From Octopus sinensis (Eukaryota): 64,000 nt of DNA. The position numbers and the translations under genes are program-made. The notes below the pieces were generated by a model. The model was not told the origin of the DNA. It did not search any database and saw only the letters and a list, made by a program, of their open reading frames with translations. How positions within the stretch are numbered: position 1 is the first letter of the stretch; every line of letters starts with the position of its first letter. The stretch lies in the NCBI RefSeq assembly GCF_006345805.1, contig NC_043005.1, forward strand, positions 95,604,001-95,668,000. Reading direction: 5' to 3'. Positions 40,614 to 54,583 of this stretch are shown one piece after another.

Positions 40614-41679
40614 ATACACATACACACACACACACACACAAACCACACTTACACACTCTCACACATGCACGTACATACTGAAATGATAGGGTTAAAGTGT
40701 GTCTTGTGCTTACTTATTTCACTTATTTCACTTTCTGAGGTGTTAACCGATGGGGTGTACAAGACTTCCCCCAACCTGGATAGGATGCTAGCCCCATTGC
40801 AAAGTTAAACTCTCAGCTTCTGTTACTGGTAATCATTTTCAGCTGATTGGACTGGATCAGCTTGAAATAAAATGCCTTGTTCAAGAATGTAACATGCCAC
40901 TCAGTCTGGGATCAAACTGAAGACTTTACAATTATGAGCCAACATAGTAACCACTAAGTCATGGGCCTTCATATGAAAGAAGGCTGTATGATATGCATTT
41001 TGGAATTTAGTTTCCATTTTAGAGAATGTATGTATTTTATCCCTCCAAAGGTAGTAAACTCCATATTAGACACACACACATACACTGATCTGAGTAATTA
41101 TATGACTCCTTTACAAGGATGTGGTTTTATATCAATATAGAGACCATTGTTTGGGGGCCAATAAAGGAACCTCCTTTATATCTCTGTTCAGCATGATAGC
41201 GGTGGCCAGCAAAGCCTTCCCTGCATTGAGTGATATTAGTAAACACAAGTGGAGCATGTCCATAAACCTCCTCTTTGGCCTCCTCTCCTTGAAACAGCAA
41301 TATAATTTATAAAGTCATTTTTTAGATTAGCACCATAATCTATCTGGTCATTGGTAGAAAAGTAGTTTAGGTAACTGCACAGAAGAACAATATCATTTAT
41401 AAGATCATAGAAGCAATTGGATGAGCTATAAGGTCAGTCTTAGACTAGCAGATAAAGTCCCTTGCAGTTTAAAACTACTTCCCAGTGCAGTTCTGAGTTT
41501 GACTGACTCCAGGGGCCAACTGGGGTTGAACTAATCAACAATGCTGCTCTACTAATCTCTGGCCTCTTGTCAATATGAGAAATGAATTTATTTTATGAAA
41601 GTCTGTTCGTCTTTTACCCAAATATTTTCGCACTGGATTGTATTTTGTTTCATTGTTAAATTTTACAATTCTTTATTAG

Positions 41680-41770
41680 GTAACTGCACAGAAACAAGAG
41701 CACAAGCCTGCCATTAGAGAAACAGATTGTGATAATTTAGTACCAACATCATCTAATAATCGACACTTCG
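41680..41770 (+). CDS. PLK: Polo-like kinase linker exon (VTAQKQEHKPAIRETDCDNLVPTSSNNRHF)
   Basis: TTATTAG acceptor, GTAACA donor, 91 nt phase 0-1. Bridges the phase gap between 39116 and 43011. Confidence 0.6.
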
Positions 41771-43010
41771 GTAACATTTACAAATTTCTTTTTCATTTAA
41801 TCTTAAAAGTATTTATATCCTTGTAATATTCTTGTATAACAAAACTAGTGTGCTTGTCTGTGACAATACAATTATAATTACTTTTGTACAACTGAGAAAT
41901 CAAGATGTGTTTTTTTTTAGCTTATAAGTTTAGAGAGTAATTCATGTTTATAAACTAACTAAACTTTGAAAAAAAATCCTTTTAATGGGAATTTCAGCTT
42001 GAATGACTTTAGAAAATCTTTCCTAATTACTTTTAACTTGAGTTTTAATTATTGGCTTCTTGAATTAGTACAATGTTTCAAATTTGTTTTGGAATGGAAT
42101 GTGTTGAATTTAAATCAACCCAAACCTATGTTTGTGTAGTTTATTTTATCAGCAGCACTGGTTCTGGTGGATGTTGGCCTTAAATTAAATCAGGGGATAG
42201 GTGTCAGGATTCCAAAAAAAAAAAAAAAGGAAGCAGACAAACTGCTATATTTGATAAAAGTAAGATGGTTTGAAAGCTTTTAAAACTTGTCCAAAATCCA
42301 TTGGGAATCATCATTGACACCACCACCACTACCATCACCATCATCATCACCATCACCATCATCCCCACCACCATCATCCCCACCACCATCATCACCACCA
42401 CCATCATCACCACCACCAGCCATCCAAGAATTTGAACCTGGAGATCTCCATTTCCAGCGACTTTAAAGGCCACCTCCCAGTGGTGTCGGGTGTCAATGAA
42501 GAGCCCTCAACTACAACAAGACGACCAAAGTTTTTTTTTTTTTCCAAGGTCTGGGGTCTCCCGCCCCTAAGCCCTAGACCATCACCTAATCACCCTTACC
42601 CATCTTGTTGCTTAACAACAGCAACAGCATCATCACCAACAAGAAAGGCATTCAGCTGCAGAAAAACTGCCTCAATAAGTTCTGTCTGACCTAAGCAAGC
42701 ATGGACACTGAATCAGTCCAAGGTGATGGTAGAAGACACTTGCCCAAGGTGTAACACAGTGGGACTGAACCCAAAACCATGTAGTTGGGAAGCTAACATC
42801 TTAACCACACAGCCATGCCTGCACCACAAGGCTGCAATAAATGTTTCAAAATATTCAGTCCAGATTTCCATTATCCTGGGGTCTGTAAGATAAAACTTTC
42901 AGTAATATATTTTATTCATTTCTCTCAACTACTTTGTATTTCAGCAAAAATTGACTCATACTAAATGAAAAGTAATCCCTAAATAGAATTTTTCTATTTT
43001 TTCCTTTCAG

Positions 43011-43085
43011 ATCTCTCATCCTTCAGTTTGAATGCAACAGTTTTATTAGAAGTCTTAGAAAGTTGCATTGAAAGTCCTATCAAAG
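43011..43085 (+). CDS. PLK: Polo-like kinase linker exon ((D)LSSFSLNATVLLEVLESCIESPIK)
   Basis: Strong TTCCTTTCAG acceptor, GTGAAT donor. Only the phase 1-1 frame is open. Confidence 0.75.
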
Positions 43086-43758
43086 GTGAATAGTTTGTTT
43101 ATTTATTTATTTTGATTTATTTTTATTTTCCTTGTAGCTTTTTACATTCTGAGTTCAAATTCCACTGAGCTTGATTTTGCCTTTCATCCTTTTAAGGTTG
43201 ATAAAAAAAGTATCATTCAAGTACTGAGGCTGATTTAATCAAATATACTCCAGGCCTTGTGTCTATAGTAGAAAGGATTATTATTATTATCATTATTTTG
43301 GTTTGGCTCGGGTTTGGTCTTATTCCTAGTAGGAATTAAGTGGATAGTGGGTTACTACCTGTAACCTTAGGTAACCACAAGTTTTCAGCAGTCTTTCAAG
43401 TGCTTAGAGCCCCACTGATAAGCCTTGCTGTCCCTAAGAGTCGTCATCATCACCATCACCATCACCATCAGACTGATGAGACCCTTCACAAAGGTAAATT
43501 CACAATTAAAAGAGCACAATGTGATATATATATACTCTCTTTTACTCTTTTACTTAATTCAGTCATTTGACTGCGGCCATGCTGGAGCAGCGCCTTTATT
43601 CGAGCAAATTGACCCCAGGACTTATTCTTTGTAAGCCTAGTACTTATTCTATCAGTCTCTTTTGCTGAACCGCTATGTTACGGGGATGTAAACAGACCAG
43701 CATTGGTTGTCAAGCGATGCTGGGGGGGGGGCAGACAAAAACAGACACACACACACAC

Positions 43759-43827
<69 letters not shown>

Positions 43828-43828
<1 letters not shown>

Positions 43829-45368
43829 GCATTGTTTTCGTCAGAAAAGTTGGTATAAGTTTTTATCAAAGCTGTTTTATATTCTATAATTGTCACAGAC
43901 AATAAATACGTTATTAGTTGTTATTGTCTGAGATTTTGGTGTAATTTGAGAGGATAATACAAAAGTTATGGATGATTTAGTGATTTCCTGCAAGACCCAT
44001 GGCAGCCAAAATGATCTGAACGTTTGAAAAAATAACAAAATAATCAAAAATGACAGAGAATACTGGAATTATTTAATATTTAGTGTGAATCCCTTTAGCT
44101 TCAATCACACTTTGACATCTTCAACTGCATGAGGAAATTAAATTTTCAATTTCTTGCTGGGTGATCTTATTCAATTCTTCCTGAAGGGCATTCCATAATT
44201 TTTCGGTTGTTTTAGGATTTCTGGCTTTCGAACATTCTCCTAGAATATTCCACACATTTTCAATAGGATTGAGATCTGGGCTTTGAGCAGGCCAATCCAT
44301 AACAATAACCTTTTCAGCCTTGAGGAAGTTCATGACCACCTTAGCCTTGTGACATGGGGCATTGTCCTGCATGAATATGGGTGGTTGCTTAGTTGAATTT
44401 CTCAGCACAGGCAAGACATGATCTTTTACAAGTTGTTTATAAACTCCTGCATTTACCTTTCCATGTAATCGCACCAAAGGGCCCACACCATCTCCAGATA
44501 TCATCCCCCAAACCATGACACTTCCTCCACCGAATTTAACACTAGTCTTAAGGCATTTAGGCGACAATTTTTCACCTACTTTTCAACGGACGTACCTTTT
44601 CCCATCTGAGCCAAATAACATAAACTTAGATTCATCACTGAAATGCACCGTTTGCCATTTTTCTTGAGACCACAATACATGTTCGGTTGCAAAAGTAAGA
44701 CGACACTTTTTATTCTTGGAACTGATCAGTGGCTTCACTGCAGGTGCTCTTGCTTGTAGGTCATGTTCAACTAAACGACGAGACACAGTTTTTCGAGATA
44801 AAGTTTTCTTCAATACAATGCTCATTTCCTGAGAAACAGCAGCAGCAGTTTTAAATATGTCCTTTTTAACCAACTTTACCATAGCACGATCTTCTCTCTT
44901 GGTCATTTTTTTTTGGCCTACCTGTAGACTTTCTTGCTTCACACGAATCACAATCATCGTGAACAACACTTTTTGACTTGTTAACAATCTTTGCAATAGA
45001 CCCAATACTTAAATTATCCTTCTTTCAAAGCTTAATAATCTGCGGACAAATTGGTAACGGAGTAAGTGGCAGTATATTAACAAAGTACACTGCAGATATT
45101 CTTACTAATGTTTAGTAAACGAACCGTCACGTAAACAAATTCAAAACATTAGAGTTCGCCGGCTAAATATACTAAAACACAGAGTAAAAGCAACTGTTCT
45201 GATCATTTTGGCCGCCATGGGTTTTGCAGTAAATCACTAAATCATCCATAACTTTTGTATAATCCTCTCAAATTACACCATTATAGAATATAAAACAACT
45301 TTGATAAAAAAATTATACCTACTTTTCTGACGAAAACAATGCCATTCTGAACATTTTGGCCACAACTG
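43828..45368 (-). mobile_element. Tc1-family DNA transposon (decayed), inserted within a SINE
   Basis: Long terminal inverted repeats (43828-~44022 and ~45197-45368). Right end ...CACAACTG|TA. The left terminus is lost in (TA)n. The SINE halves flank it (43543-43760 and 45372-45491). Confidence 0.9.
44121..45005 (-). pseudogene. Tc1 transposase, DD34E, split into two ORFs
   Basis: VHFSDESKF, VMVWGMI, FMQDNAPCH, WPAQSPDLNPIENVW. I count 34 residues between the second D and the E. The frame is broken at ~44567-44583. Confidence 0.92.
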
Positions 45369-46523
45369 TATACTACCAAATTCACTCACAAGGCTTTGGT
45401 TGGGCCAAGGCTATAGTAGAAGACACTTGCCCAAGGTGCCAGAACCATGTGGTTGGTGAGCAAGCTACTTACCACACAGCCACTCCTGCACTGATGTGAA
45501 ACATAGACTGACTTTGTTTATTGAACCAAACAATAGTTTAAAAGCGTGTCTCTCTACTTCAAGTTCAAAATGAAAAGGAGAGCGAGGGAGAGAGAGAGAA
45601 TGAGAGAAACATTAAAATTTCTGATGTGAAATAAATCATTATCAAATCAGCAATGCCAAAATGTCTTGTACACTCTGAGGCAATGACTACTGACTGAGAT
45701 CTTTAGAAATATACTGTGTGTGAGAAGACCCTGCAAGCCAAGTTATCATAACCTCGTGGCCTATGCCAGGGGTGTAACCAGCCCATTTATGCATACCTTT
45801 CCTTCATTGGACACTAAACTCTGCTTGCGAAGACCTGTTGAGTCAAGTGAAACCAAAATCAAATTCGATGACTGGCATCTATGCTAGTGGAGTGCTGAGA
45901 GCACCATCTGAGCATGATCGTTACCAGTGTCACCTTACTGGCACTTGTGCTGGTGGCATGTGAAAAAACATTCGAGCAAGGTCATTGCCAGTGCCACTGG
46001 ACTGGCTCCTGTGCAGGTGGCACATAAAAAAACACCATTTGAGCATGGCCGTTGCCAGAACCGCCTGACTGGCGTTCGTGCCAGTGGCACGTAAAAGAAC
46101 TCACTACACTCTTGGAGTGGTTGGCGTTAGGAAGGGCATCCAGCTGTAGAAACCCTGCCAGATCAGATTGGAGCCTGGTGCAGCCTTCTGGTTTGCCAGT
46201 CCTCAGTCAAACCGTCCAACCCATGCTATCATGGAAAGCTGACGTTAAACGATGATGATGATGATACATATATATACATATATCTTTCTTTAGCAAATGA
46301 TGTAAACATTCAGAAGAAAGCTGAAATATAGAAGCTTCTCTATAAAAATATCTTGTGTGATATTTACTCTGCTGAGTTAGAAAATTTTTGATTCCCTCTC
46401 ACCATCAGATATACAGTGGACCAATGATTTGTCTCTTGGAATGGTGTGGGCATTTTTCATTTTTGTACTTTTTTTTTTAATGAATCAACTTGAACTAAAT
46501 GTTTACTGTAATTTCTTCTGCAG

Positions 46524-46698
46524 AAACAATATCAGAGGATCATATCTCTTCAATTCATTTGAACTCTCAGGATGTAGTTTGGGTTACCAAGTGGGTGGAC
46601 TACACGAATAAATATGGTTTCGGCTTCCAACTATCTGACAATTCTATTGGAGTGTTTTTCAATGACACTTCACGAATTGTCATTGCACCAGACCAAAG
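46524..46698 (+). CDS. PLK: Polo-like kinase exon, polo-box 1 ([29 protein letters not shown])
   Basis: Canonical PB1 motif, CTGCAG/GTAATT boundaries, 175 nt phase 1-2. Confidence 0.95.
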
Positions 46699-47547
46699 GT
46701 AATTACATTCATTATATTTAAACGTTTAGTAAAAAAAATTTTTTTATTAAAATAAACAACAGATCTCATTGTAAAAGATTTTAAAAAATGGGAATTTTTC
46801 TTTCACTTATTTCATAACAGTAAATGAGACAATTTACTTGCAAATAGTTTTAATGATAACATTTTGGGGACTTCTTTTTTCCTTTTTATTGACATCATTA
46901 TTGTGTGGGAAATTTCATTGTTAAGACAAGTGCAAGATAAAATGTAATCATTTTCATCATATTAATTGTTATTTTAAAATAAGATAAATTCATTCTTCTT
47001 GTAATTCTTTGAGACATATATAGCTTGACACTTTGGTCATTAACTTCTGTAACACTTATGTGTACGTGTCTTATAAGAATGTGTTGCTTGTACAACAGCT
47101 GACCTTCTTTCTCATGAAAGAGCTGCATCTGTATACACTCAGTTTGCTAAAAATAGTAGCCATTGCCTTTCATCCTTTCAGGGTCAATAAAATAAGTTCC
47201 AGTTGGGCCTTGGGGTCAATGTAAACAACTTAACCTCTCTCCCAGGATTGCTGGCGCTGCACCAAAATTTGAATCCAACATATCATCCCACTTTGCTTTA
47301 AGTTTAACCTCATGGCTTGATGTTGCTGTATGGTGTTATCTTTATTCTGAGTAGAGTAAAAGCATTCATTACTTGGCAGTTGTTGTTCATGGTGGTGGTG
47401 GTGGGGTTGATGGGAGTACTGCTGTTACAGCTCAGCCACTGGTCAAACTTCATTGACCATTGGCTGTCACCATACCATCTTTTTAGATGTATCTAGAACT
47501 GTACGTAATGTTTCCTTCCTTTTGTAAAACAGTGGGATGTGAATTAA

Positions 47548-47768
47548 CCCTTTAGTGTTCACATTATTCTACCAAAATTAATCTTTTTTTATCCAAATTG
47601 TTTTGAATTAATCATGCATTATCTTGTAGCTATGAGATTTTGATGAGGAAGCTGTTAATTTTTAAAACAATATTGTAGGGTTGGTGTGAGAGACCAGATC
47701 TGGCCAGTTTGAACATAAAACAGGCAGAATACTTCTGGCTGGATATAACCGGTTTAAATGCTAATGGG
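47548..47768. mobile_element. TTAA-flanked MITE (piggyBac-like ends)
   Basis: TTAA|CCCTTTAGTGTT ... AAATGCTAATGGG|TTAA. A more decayed copy lies at ~62205-62437. Confidence 0.65.
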
Positions 47769-48959
47769 TTAAGGCTGATTTGCCTGTTACTTCAAGCAAG
47801 CCAAGCAACCATTTTGGAGGTTCAATCTATTATGCAAATTTGTTGCTGTTGTTGTTGTTAAGTGGCAACACCAACCTCTGCTCAAGTGGACGTATGGCAT
47901 TTTGAGAACTCATCAAACATTTAGTGGCAGTCAACTCAGAAGACTTTGGCCAACTTGGAGTTATGGGAGAAGAGACTTGCCAAGGTGCTACACAGTGGAA
48001 TCAAACCAAAATACTTTGTCGCAAAGCGAATTTTTTAAACCTAGCAGCCATACCTGTTGCATCTAAGAAGGAAATATTTGTTTCATTGGCACAAAACTCT
48101 GTGTTTGAGAAGAAAAGCTATCTTCAGGGTAGTACTGGTTATTAATTAAACTTAATTTTTATCTATCATTAGTTTTATTTAATCAATCTGAGGAAGAATA
48201 AAGACTTTTCAAGAATTGAACTCAGGATCATCATCATCATCATTATTGTCATCATCATTTTTAAAGTCCACTTTTCCATGCTTTTGTTGAGGCACATTTT
48301 CTACATCTTTCCTGTCGCTAACCCTCATCTGGTCCCAAGTAAGGTAACATTTCCCCATGACCAGACAGGTTTTCACAGAACATTGGAAATGAAGAACACC
48401 ACTTGCATGATGATGACATTTGTTTACGACTCTCATGCAATGCTAAGTCAAAGAAACACACACACACATATATATAAAACAGGGCTATAGTAGAAGAGAC
48501 TTACCCAAGGTGCCATAGAGTGGGGTTGAATCTGAAACCCTGATGTTGGGAAGCAAACTTCTTATCACACAACCAAACTGTTGAACATAATGTGCCAGCT
48601 TTAGTGAGCTGCCTGAGAGAAAATTTAAGTAATCCTCTGATTATAGGATATTAAATGTAATCCCTTATTGCGTAACATCTGCATGAATTAGGACTGTTCA
48701 AGCAGAGCAGACCTGGAGGGGACACAATGTAGTGAATCTGCTTGCATCAGGACCCTGGAATATGGGAAAACTTCAACACACTGCAGAATTCAATCTATTT
48801 TCCCAAACAGAATCATGGAAAATAAAGTAACTTGAGTAAAGTTGGGATTTAGTTGAAGACTTTTTGATTGAAAGAAAAACAAAAGAACATTTAAAACTGT
48901 TACAACCAGATACAAATCTTGAATCAGACCATAATAATTCTTTCTACTTAGAGGCACAA

Positions 48960-49745
48960 GGCCTGAAATTTGGAGTAAAGCGGTTAGTCAATTACATCAT
49001 CCCTAGTGCTTAACTGGCACTTATTTCATTGACCCCTAAAGAATAAAGGGCAAAGTTAACCTCGGTAGAACTTGAACTCAGAATATAGAGACAGATGAAA
49101 TGTCACGAAGCATTTTCTTCAGCATGCTAATGATTCTGCGAGCTTACTACCTTAAGTCTAGGTGTAATAATCCTTTCCACTATAGGCACAAGGCCTGAAA
49201 TTTTAGTCAAGGGTTCTAGTCAATCATATGAACCCCAGTGCTTGACATGTACTTATTTTATTGCCCTTGAAAGGTTAAAAGGCAAAGCTGATCTCGGCAG
49301 AATTTGAACTCAGAATGTAAAGACTGGTGAAATGCCGCTAATCGTTTTGCCTTAAGTCTAGGTGTAATAATGGTTTCAAATTTTGCCACAAGGGTAGCAA
49401 TTTGTGGGGAGAGGATAAATTGATTACATTGACCCCAGTGTTCAACTGGTACTTATTTTATCAACCCCGAAAGGATGAAAGGTAAAGTCAACCTTAGTGG
49501 AATTTGAACTCAGAAGGCAGCAACAAGCAAAATACAAGGGGCTAAACACAGAGAGGACAAACAAGGACAAACGGATTAAGTCGATTACATTGACCTCCAG
49601 TGTGTAACTGGTACCTATTTAATCAACCCTGAAAGGATGAAAGGCAAAGTCAACCTCGGCGGAATTTGAACTCAGAACATAACAGCAGACGATATATGGC
49701 TACGCATTTCACCCGGCGTGCTAACGTTTCTGCCAACTCACCACC
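48960..49745 (-). mobile_element. Older tandem cluster of the same SINE family on the minus strand
   Basis: Repeated GAAAGGCAAAGTCAACCTCGGCGGAATTTGAACTCAGAA-like blocks, diverged. Confidence 0.65.
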
Positions 49746-50517
49746 TTCAAATCTAAGTATTAAAAGAAAAGAAGTGTTTAACAGGTGATAATTCTGTAAA
49801 AATGGATGCTAAAATATTTGTTGAAGATGTTCAAATAGGGAAAAGAAAAGAAAAAAACATACAAATGAAAAAAATTGGCAGTTAAAAACTTAAAGCTTTG
49901 TGTACAAGATATAAATAAAGAAATTCAACATACTAAATATAGATAACCAAGTGAAAATAGATACTAAAATATGTCATTATGACTAATATCAGAAATATTT
50001 TTTCCTTTGTTATTAAGTTGAACATATCAGACAAGTTGTTGTAAAATGGGTGGGGAAAAGTAATACTATAGTCTTTTTATATGATGATGGTATATATGTG
50101 TACACACACACACACACATACACACACATATATATATAAAGGTTAAAGGGTAAAGACCCCCTTTGATCATGAATGACCATTGGATTGCACCTAGAAAGTT
50201 CCCCTCCAAGGCATAAGTCCAGGCAAGGTTGTTTATGAAAGGCCAGCAGTTGCCCATGCATACCAGTCTCCCGTCTCCATGCCACCAATGTTATCCAAGG
50301 GTTTCCTTTGGATAACATTGGTGGTGTTATCCAATCAAAGGCTGATACAGCTTGGCACCAGTGACTTTGCAACTCCTTTCTACAGCTAAGTGAAATGGAG
50401 CAATGTGAAATAAAGTGCCTTGTTCAAGAACAAAACACCATGACCTGGTCCAGGAATAAAACTCACTACCTCATCATGATTGTGAGCCCAATGCATTAAC
50501 CACTGAGTCATGCACCT

Positions 50518-50559
<42 letters not shown>

Positions 50560-50584
50560 CATACATACATATATATATATATAC

Positions 50585-51589
50585 TCAAAATAAGCAACAA
50601 GAATATCTTCAGTAATTTGGTACGATCGTTTCACGTTACATCATTTGTATATTAAATAGTATAAATTCTATGTCCCTAAGGAAACTACTCAGTTCATCTT
50701 GATTACCTCACTTCCATTTCTTAATATATCATTAACCCCGGATATTTTTACCTAACTGATTAGCTTTTCTCCACAGGTAGTAAATATTATGTCTAACAGA
50801 TTCTTTAATTTAATTCATTAATAACATTTCACCATCTACTAAACCTAAGAAAATTACTCATCTTGATTACTCCTCTTTCATTTTTTCTAATATATATAAT
50901 TGACCCCTAATATATTCATTTTATTATAAAGAATTTTGTCCACGGTTATTGATAGATTTTTCTCCAAAATTAATAAATATTAGATTTATAATTTCTCCTT
51001 TAATCCAACATATCAAAATAATCAACACCTACTAGCTAAGTATAAAGCTGATGTATATAAGTGTAAAGGAATCTCTGTATTCTCTATAACTTTTTGGTAT
51101 ATAGATGGTCATTGTGACCATCTAGCATAGACCTAGTTTTCTTGATACAAAATCTGTTTGCCAAATAGCAATAAACAACATCTAAGGCATTATAATCTCC
51201 TTTCTACTTTAATTTCTTTAGAAATAACTTCTGACATTTATTTCACCCCTACTTCTATAAATAGAAAACCTCTTTTATCTCCATTCAACTGAATATCCTT
51301 CCCCACCTTCTAGCAGTTCAAAATAACTTAAAGAATATTCTTCTGTCAGAAGATAAATTCTATTACCTTAATGTTCTTAAAATTTAAATCGACATCTCTG
51401 TCTATATATCTACCTTCTTTATAATGTTATCAATTAATATGAAAATATGTATTAATGGAAAACCTCTATAAATGGCTGATGATTGCTCAACATTTTAAAA
51501 CTGTTATAATACTTACAATGTTTAATAAAATGATGTAGCGTGAAATGATTGTACCAAATTACCGAAGATATTCTTGTTGCTTATTTTGA
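50585..51589 (-). mobile_element. Decayed Penelope-like element remnant with 62-bp inverted ends
   Basis: 50585-50646 and 51528-51589 are inverted (4 mismatches). Minus-strand remnant GDYNALDVVYCYLANRFCIKKTRSMLDGHNDH (51200-51105) weakly resembles a GIY-YIG motif pair. Confidence 0.55.
51471..51558 (+). ncRNA. Decayed type I hammerhead (U.U closing pair, long stem II)
   Basis: TGG-CTGATGA-T-TGCT...AGCG-T-GAAA-TGATT-GTA-CCA. The inverted partner copy keeps the palindromic GAAACGATCGTA. Confidence 0.6.
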
Positions 51590-52145
51590 TTATAATCACC
51601 CAATGGATTTATATGGATAACACCATACAAAATTCTGGTGCATCTAACTTAAGTACCATATTCATTTGAATCTAAATTTTGCTGAACTTATATATATATA
51701 CAAGTTCTGATCAATCAGTGTCCGGAATGTTGCCATAGGAATGAAGCTAAAGCACGCAGAGTGAAGCCACTAGGCAAAGATTGACCTTGAACTCTGCTGT
51801 GCATGCGCCCTAAGTTTTAACATTCTATCTCACTTCTGCATTGGTCATCCTGGGTAACTGAACCCAAAACCAAGAGGTTGCAAAGTGAACTTCTTAACCA
51901 CACAACCATATCTGTCTATATATATGTATGGGTGCAGGTGTGGCTATGTGCTAAAAAGCTTTCTTGCTAACCACATGATTTCAGGTTCAGTCCCAGTGTA
52001 AGGCACCTTGGGTTAGTGTCTTTTACTATAGCCCCGGGCCTGCCAAAGCATTGTGAGTGGATTTGGTTGACAGAAACTGAAAGAAACCCATCAGATATAT
52101 GTATGTATGCATGTATGTAAGTATGTATGTATATATATATGTATG

Positions 52146-52208
<63 letters not shown>

Positions 52209-52245
52209 GTATGTATATGTATATATATATATATATATTATATAC

Positions 52246-52300
<55 letters not shown>

Positions 52301-52305
52301 GTATA

Positions 52306-52384
<79 letters not shown>

Positions 52385-52466
52385 TAATATGTAATAAATG
52401 AGAGTCAATATTGAATATTGTTTGTTTTGGATGAGTATATGGGTTTTTGCAGGTATTTATTTGGCA

Positions 52467-52900
52467 GTCTTATATATTGTATATTTAGTGTATCTTTATA
52501 CTCATCTTAATTTGTATCTTACGTTATTTATTAATAAACCTATTCATTTACTTACATTTGGCTTTATACATATTAGCAGTCTTATATATTTAGTCTATAT
52601 TTGTACTCATCTTGATTTGTACATTATGTTATTTATATATTTATTTATTCATTTATCTATAGGTAAATATTTACATAATAGTAGCCTGGATACTAAGTTT
52701 ATATATGTACCCTTTTCAATTATATTTTCATTTTATTTTATGTTATTTATCTATCTATCTATTCATTTATGTATATGTGCATATACACATATTAGCATTA
52801 CTATATATTAGGTGTACCTTTGTATTTATCTTAATTTGTTTTCTATGGTATTTATCTATTTATTTATTCATTTATTTATTTATATGTAGATATATACATA
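52467..52900. repeat. Degenerate AT-rich minisatellite (~110 bp, about 4 copies)
   Basis: Recurring CAGTCTTATATATT...TACTCATCTT.ATTTGTA...TATTCATTTA blocks. Confidence 0.55.
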
Positions 52901-53859
52901 CATATCCATTATTTATTATTATTATATATATATATATGTATACAAGCTTTTACTTATATTTTCATTTTAATTTTAATTATTTCATCTTATTTTATTTTAT
53001 TACATTTTAATTTTAAGTATAATTAATTTAATTTTTGCTATTTACTTATATACTATTTATTGGTAATTCCTCCACTGATATTATTTAATGCTAAATCCTG
53101 TTAATTATTATATATGTATTTATGTGTCCACTGATGCTTATAAATATATATATATATATAAGTACTACGAATGTTTACACGCACATCATATGTGAAAATA
53201 TATGGTGTATGTGTATGTCTGTTGTTACACATGAGTATACATATGGACATGTAGATGTGAGTGTAATTCTATTAGTTCGTTGGTGAGGGTTTAAATAGAA
53301 AAATATTAGTATTGTAATAACATTGGATTTATTACATAGGGATGCTATCTGTTTATGCTATAAGAAGTTATTTTGATTATATATCTTAGAATATTAGCGT
53401 ATTTTGACTTCTTACAATTAATCTCTTATAATTTAATTATTATAAACCGTTGTTAACTTAGTATATATATATTTTTATGTCTTTTGATAGTCAAACAGAA
53501 ATGGGTATTCTATACTTTATAATTTAGCGAATGTTTGAATAAAGCATAGCGGTTAAGTTAGCGGACTTTTTAGTTATAAAATATTATGTTTACGAAAATA
53601 TGGTGTCATATGAATTATGTACCTTATGTACATTCTCTATCTGGATATAATTATATGTATGTTTGCATTTACTGTTTTATGGAAATATGTGAGTGGATCT
53701 ACTTAGTTAATACCATGGCCATGGTATCGTTTGGGGTGGCTTGATATCTGCATGCACGTATGTGCAATCGGTTGGGTTCGTCTGTTTTGCATGTGTATAG
53801 TTGCGATTCTACCTCTTATATTATTTATTTATTTATTTATGATTTGGCTGTCTATGTGG

Positions 53860-54115
53860 CTATGTATGTGTGTATGTGTGTGGGTGTGTGTGTGTATACA
53901 TATAACTAGGTATCTATGTGTGCACGATCTGTGGATGTGCGTGTACGTGTGTGTATGTGTGTGGGTGTGTGTGTGTGTGTATACATATAACTAGGTATGT
54001 ATGTGCGCACGATCTGTGGATGTGCATGTACGTGTGTGTATGTGTGTGGGTCTGTGTGTGTGTGTATACATATAACTATGTATGTATGTGCGCACGATCT
54101 GTGGATGTGCGTGTG
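53860..54115. repeat. 85-bp minisatellite, about 3 copies
   Basis: ACATATAACTA at 53898, 53983 and 54068. Confidence 0.85.
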
Positions 54116-54583
54116 CATATGTATGTTTCTTGGCTAACTAACCGTAAAATTTCCATTGTGATTCAAATTTAAAACTATAAGCCAATCGAATCTATCTATG
54201 AAAATCAATACCAAGCGGACAGATGAATTCGACTTATTGAGTATATATGTGGATGTCCGCTTGCTTTACATGGTACAATCATGCTTGTTATTATTATTAT
54301 TATTATTAATATTAATATTAATTTTATTGACTTTTTGTGTGGTTATACATTTTAATAGACTGGACTGTTAAATATATATGCCTGCTTGAAATTTAAATGT
54401 GAGTGTACATGTATTTCCTTGATGTTGGTTATAGAACTATGAGTTCAATATGGAACATTATTGTGTTTGTTAATGTATATTGATATATATTGTTTATATT
54501 GTATTATTGTGTATATATATATGTGTAGAATTATGAGTGTCTATGCACACATTTTTATATTTATATGTAAATGTTTTTCATAC

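Noticed and set aside
42153-42260. Candidate linker exon after TTATTTTATCAG
   Set aside because: The phase-0 frame hits a stop quickly, and it is not needed because 41680-41770 already restores the frame.
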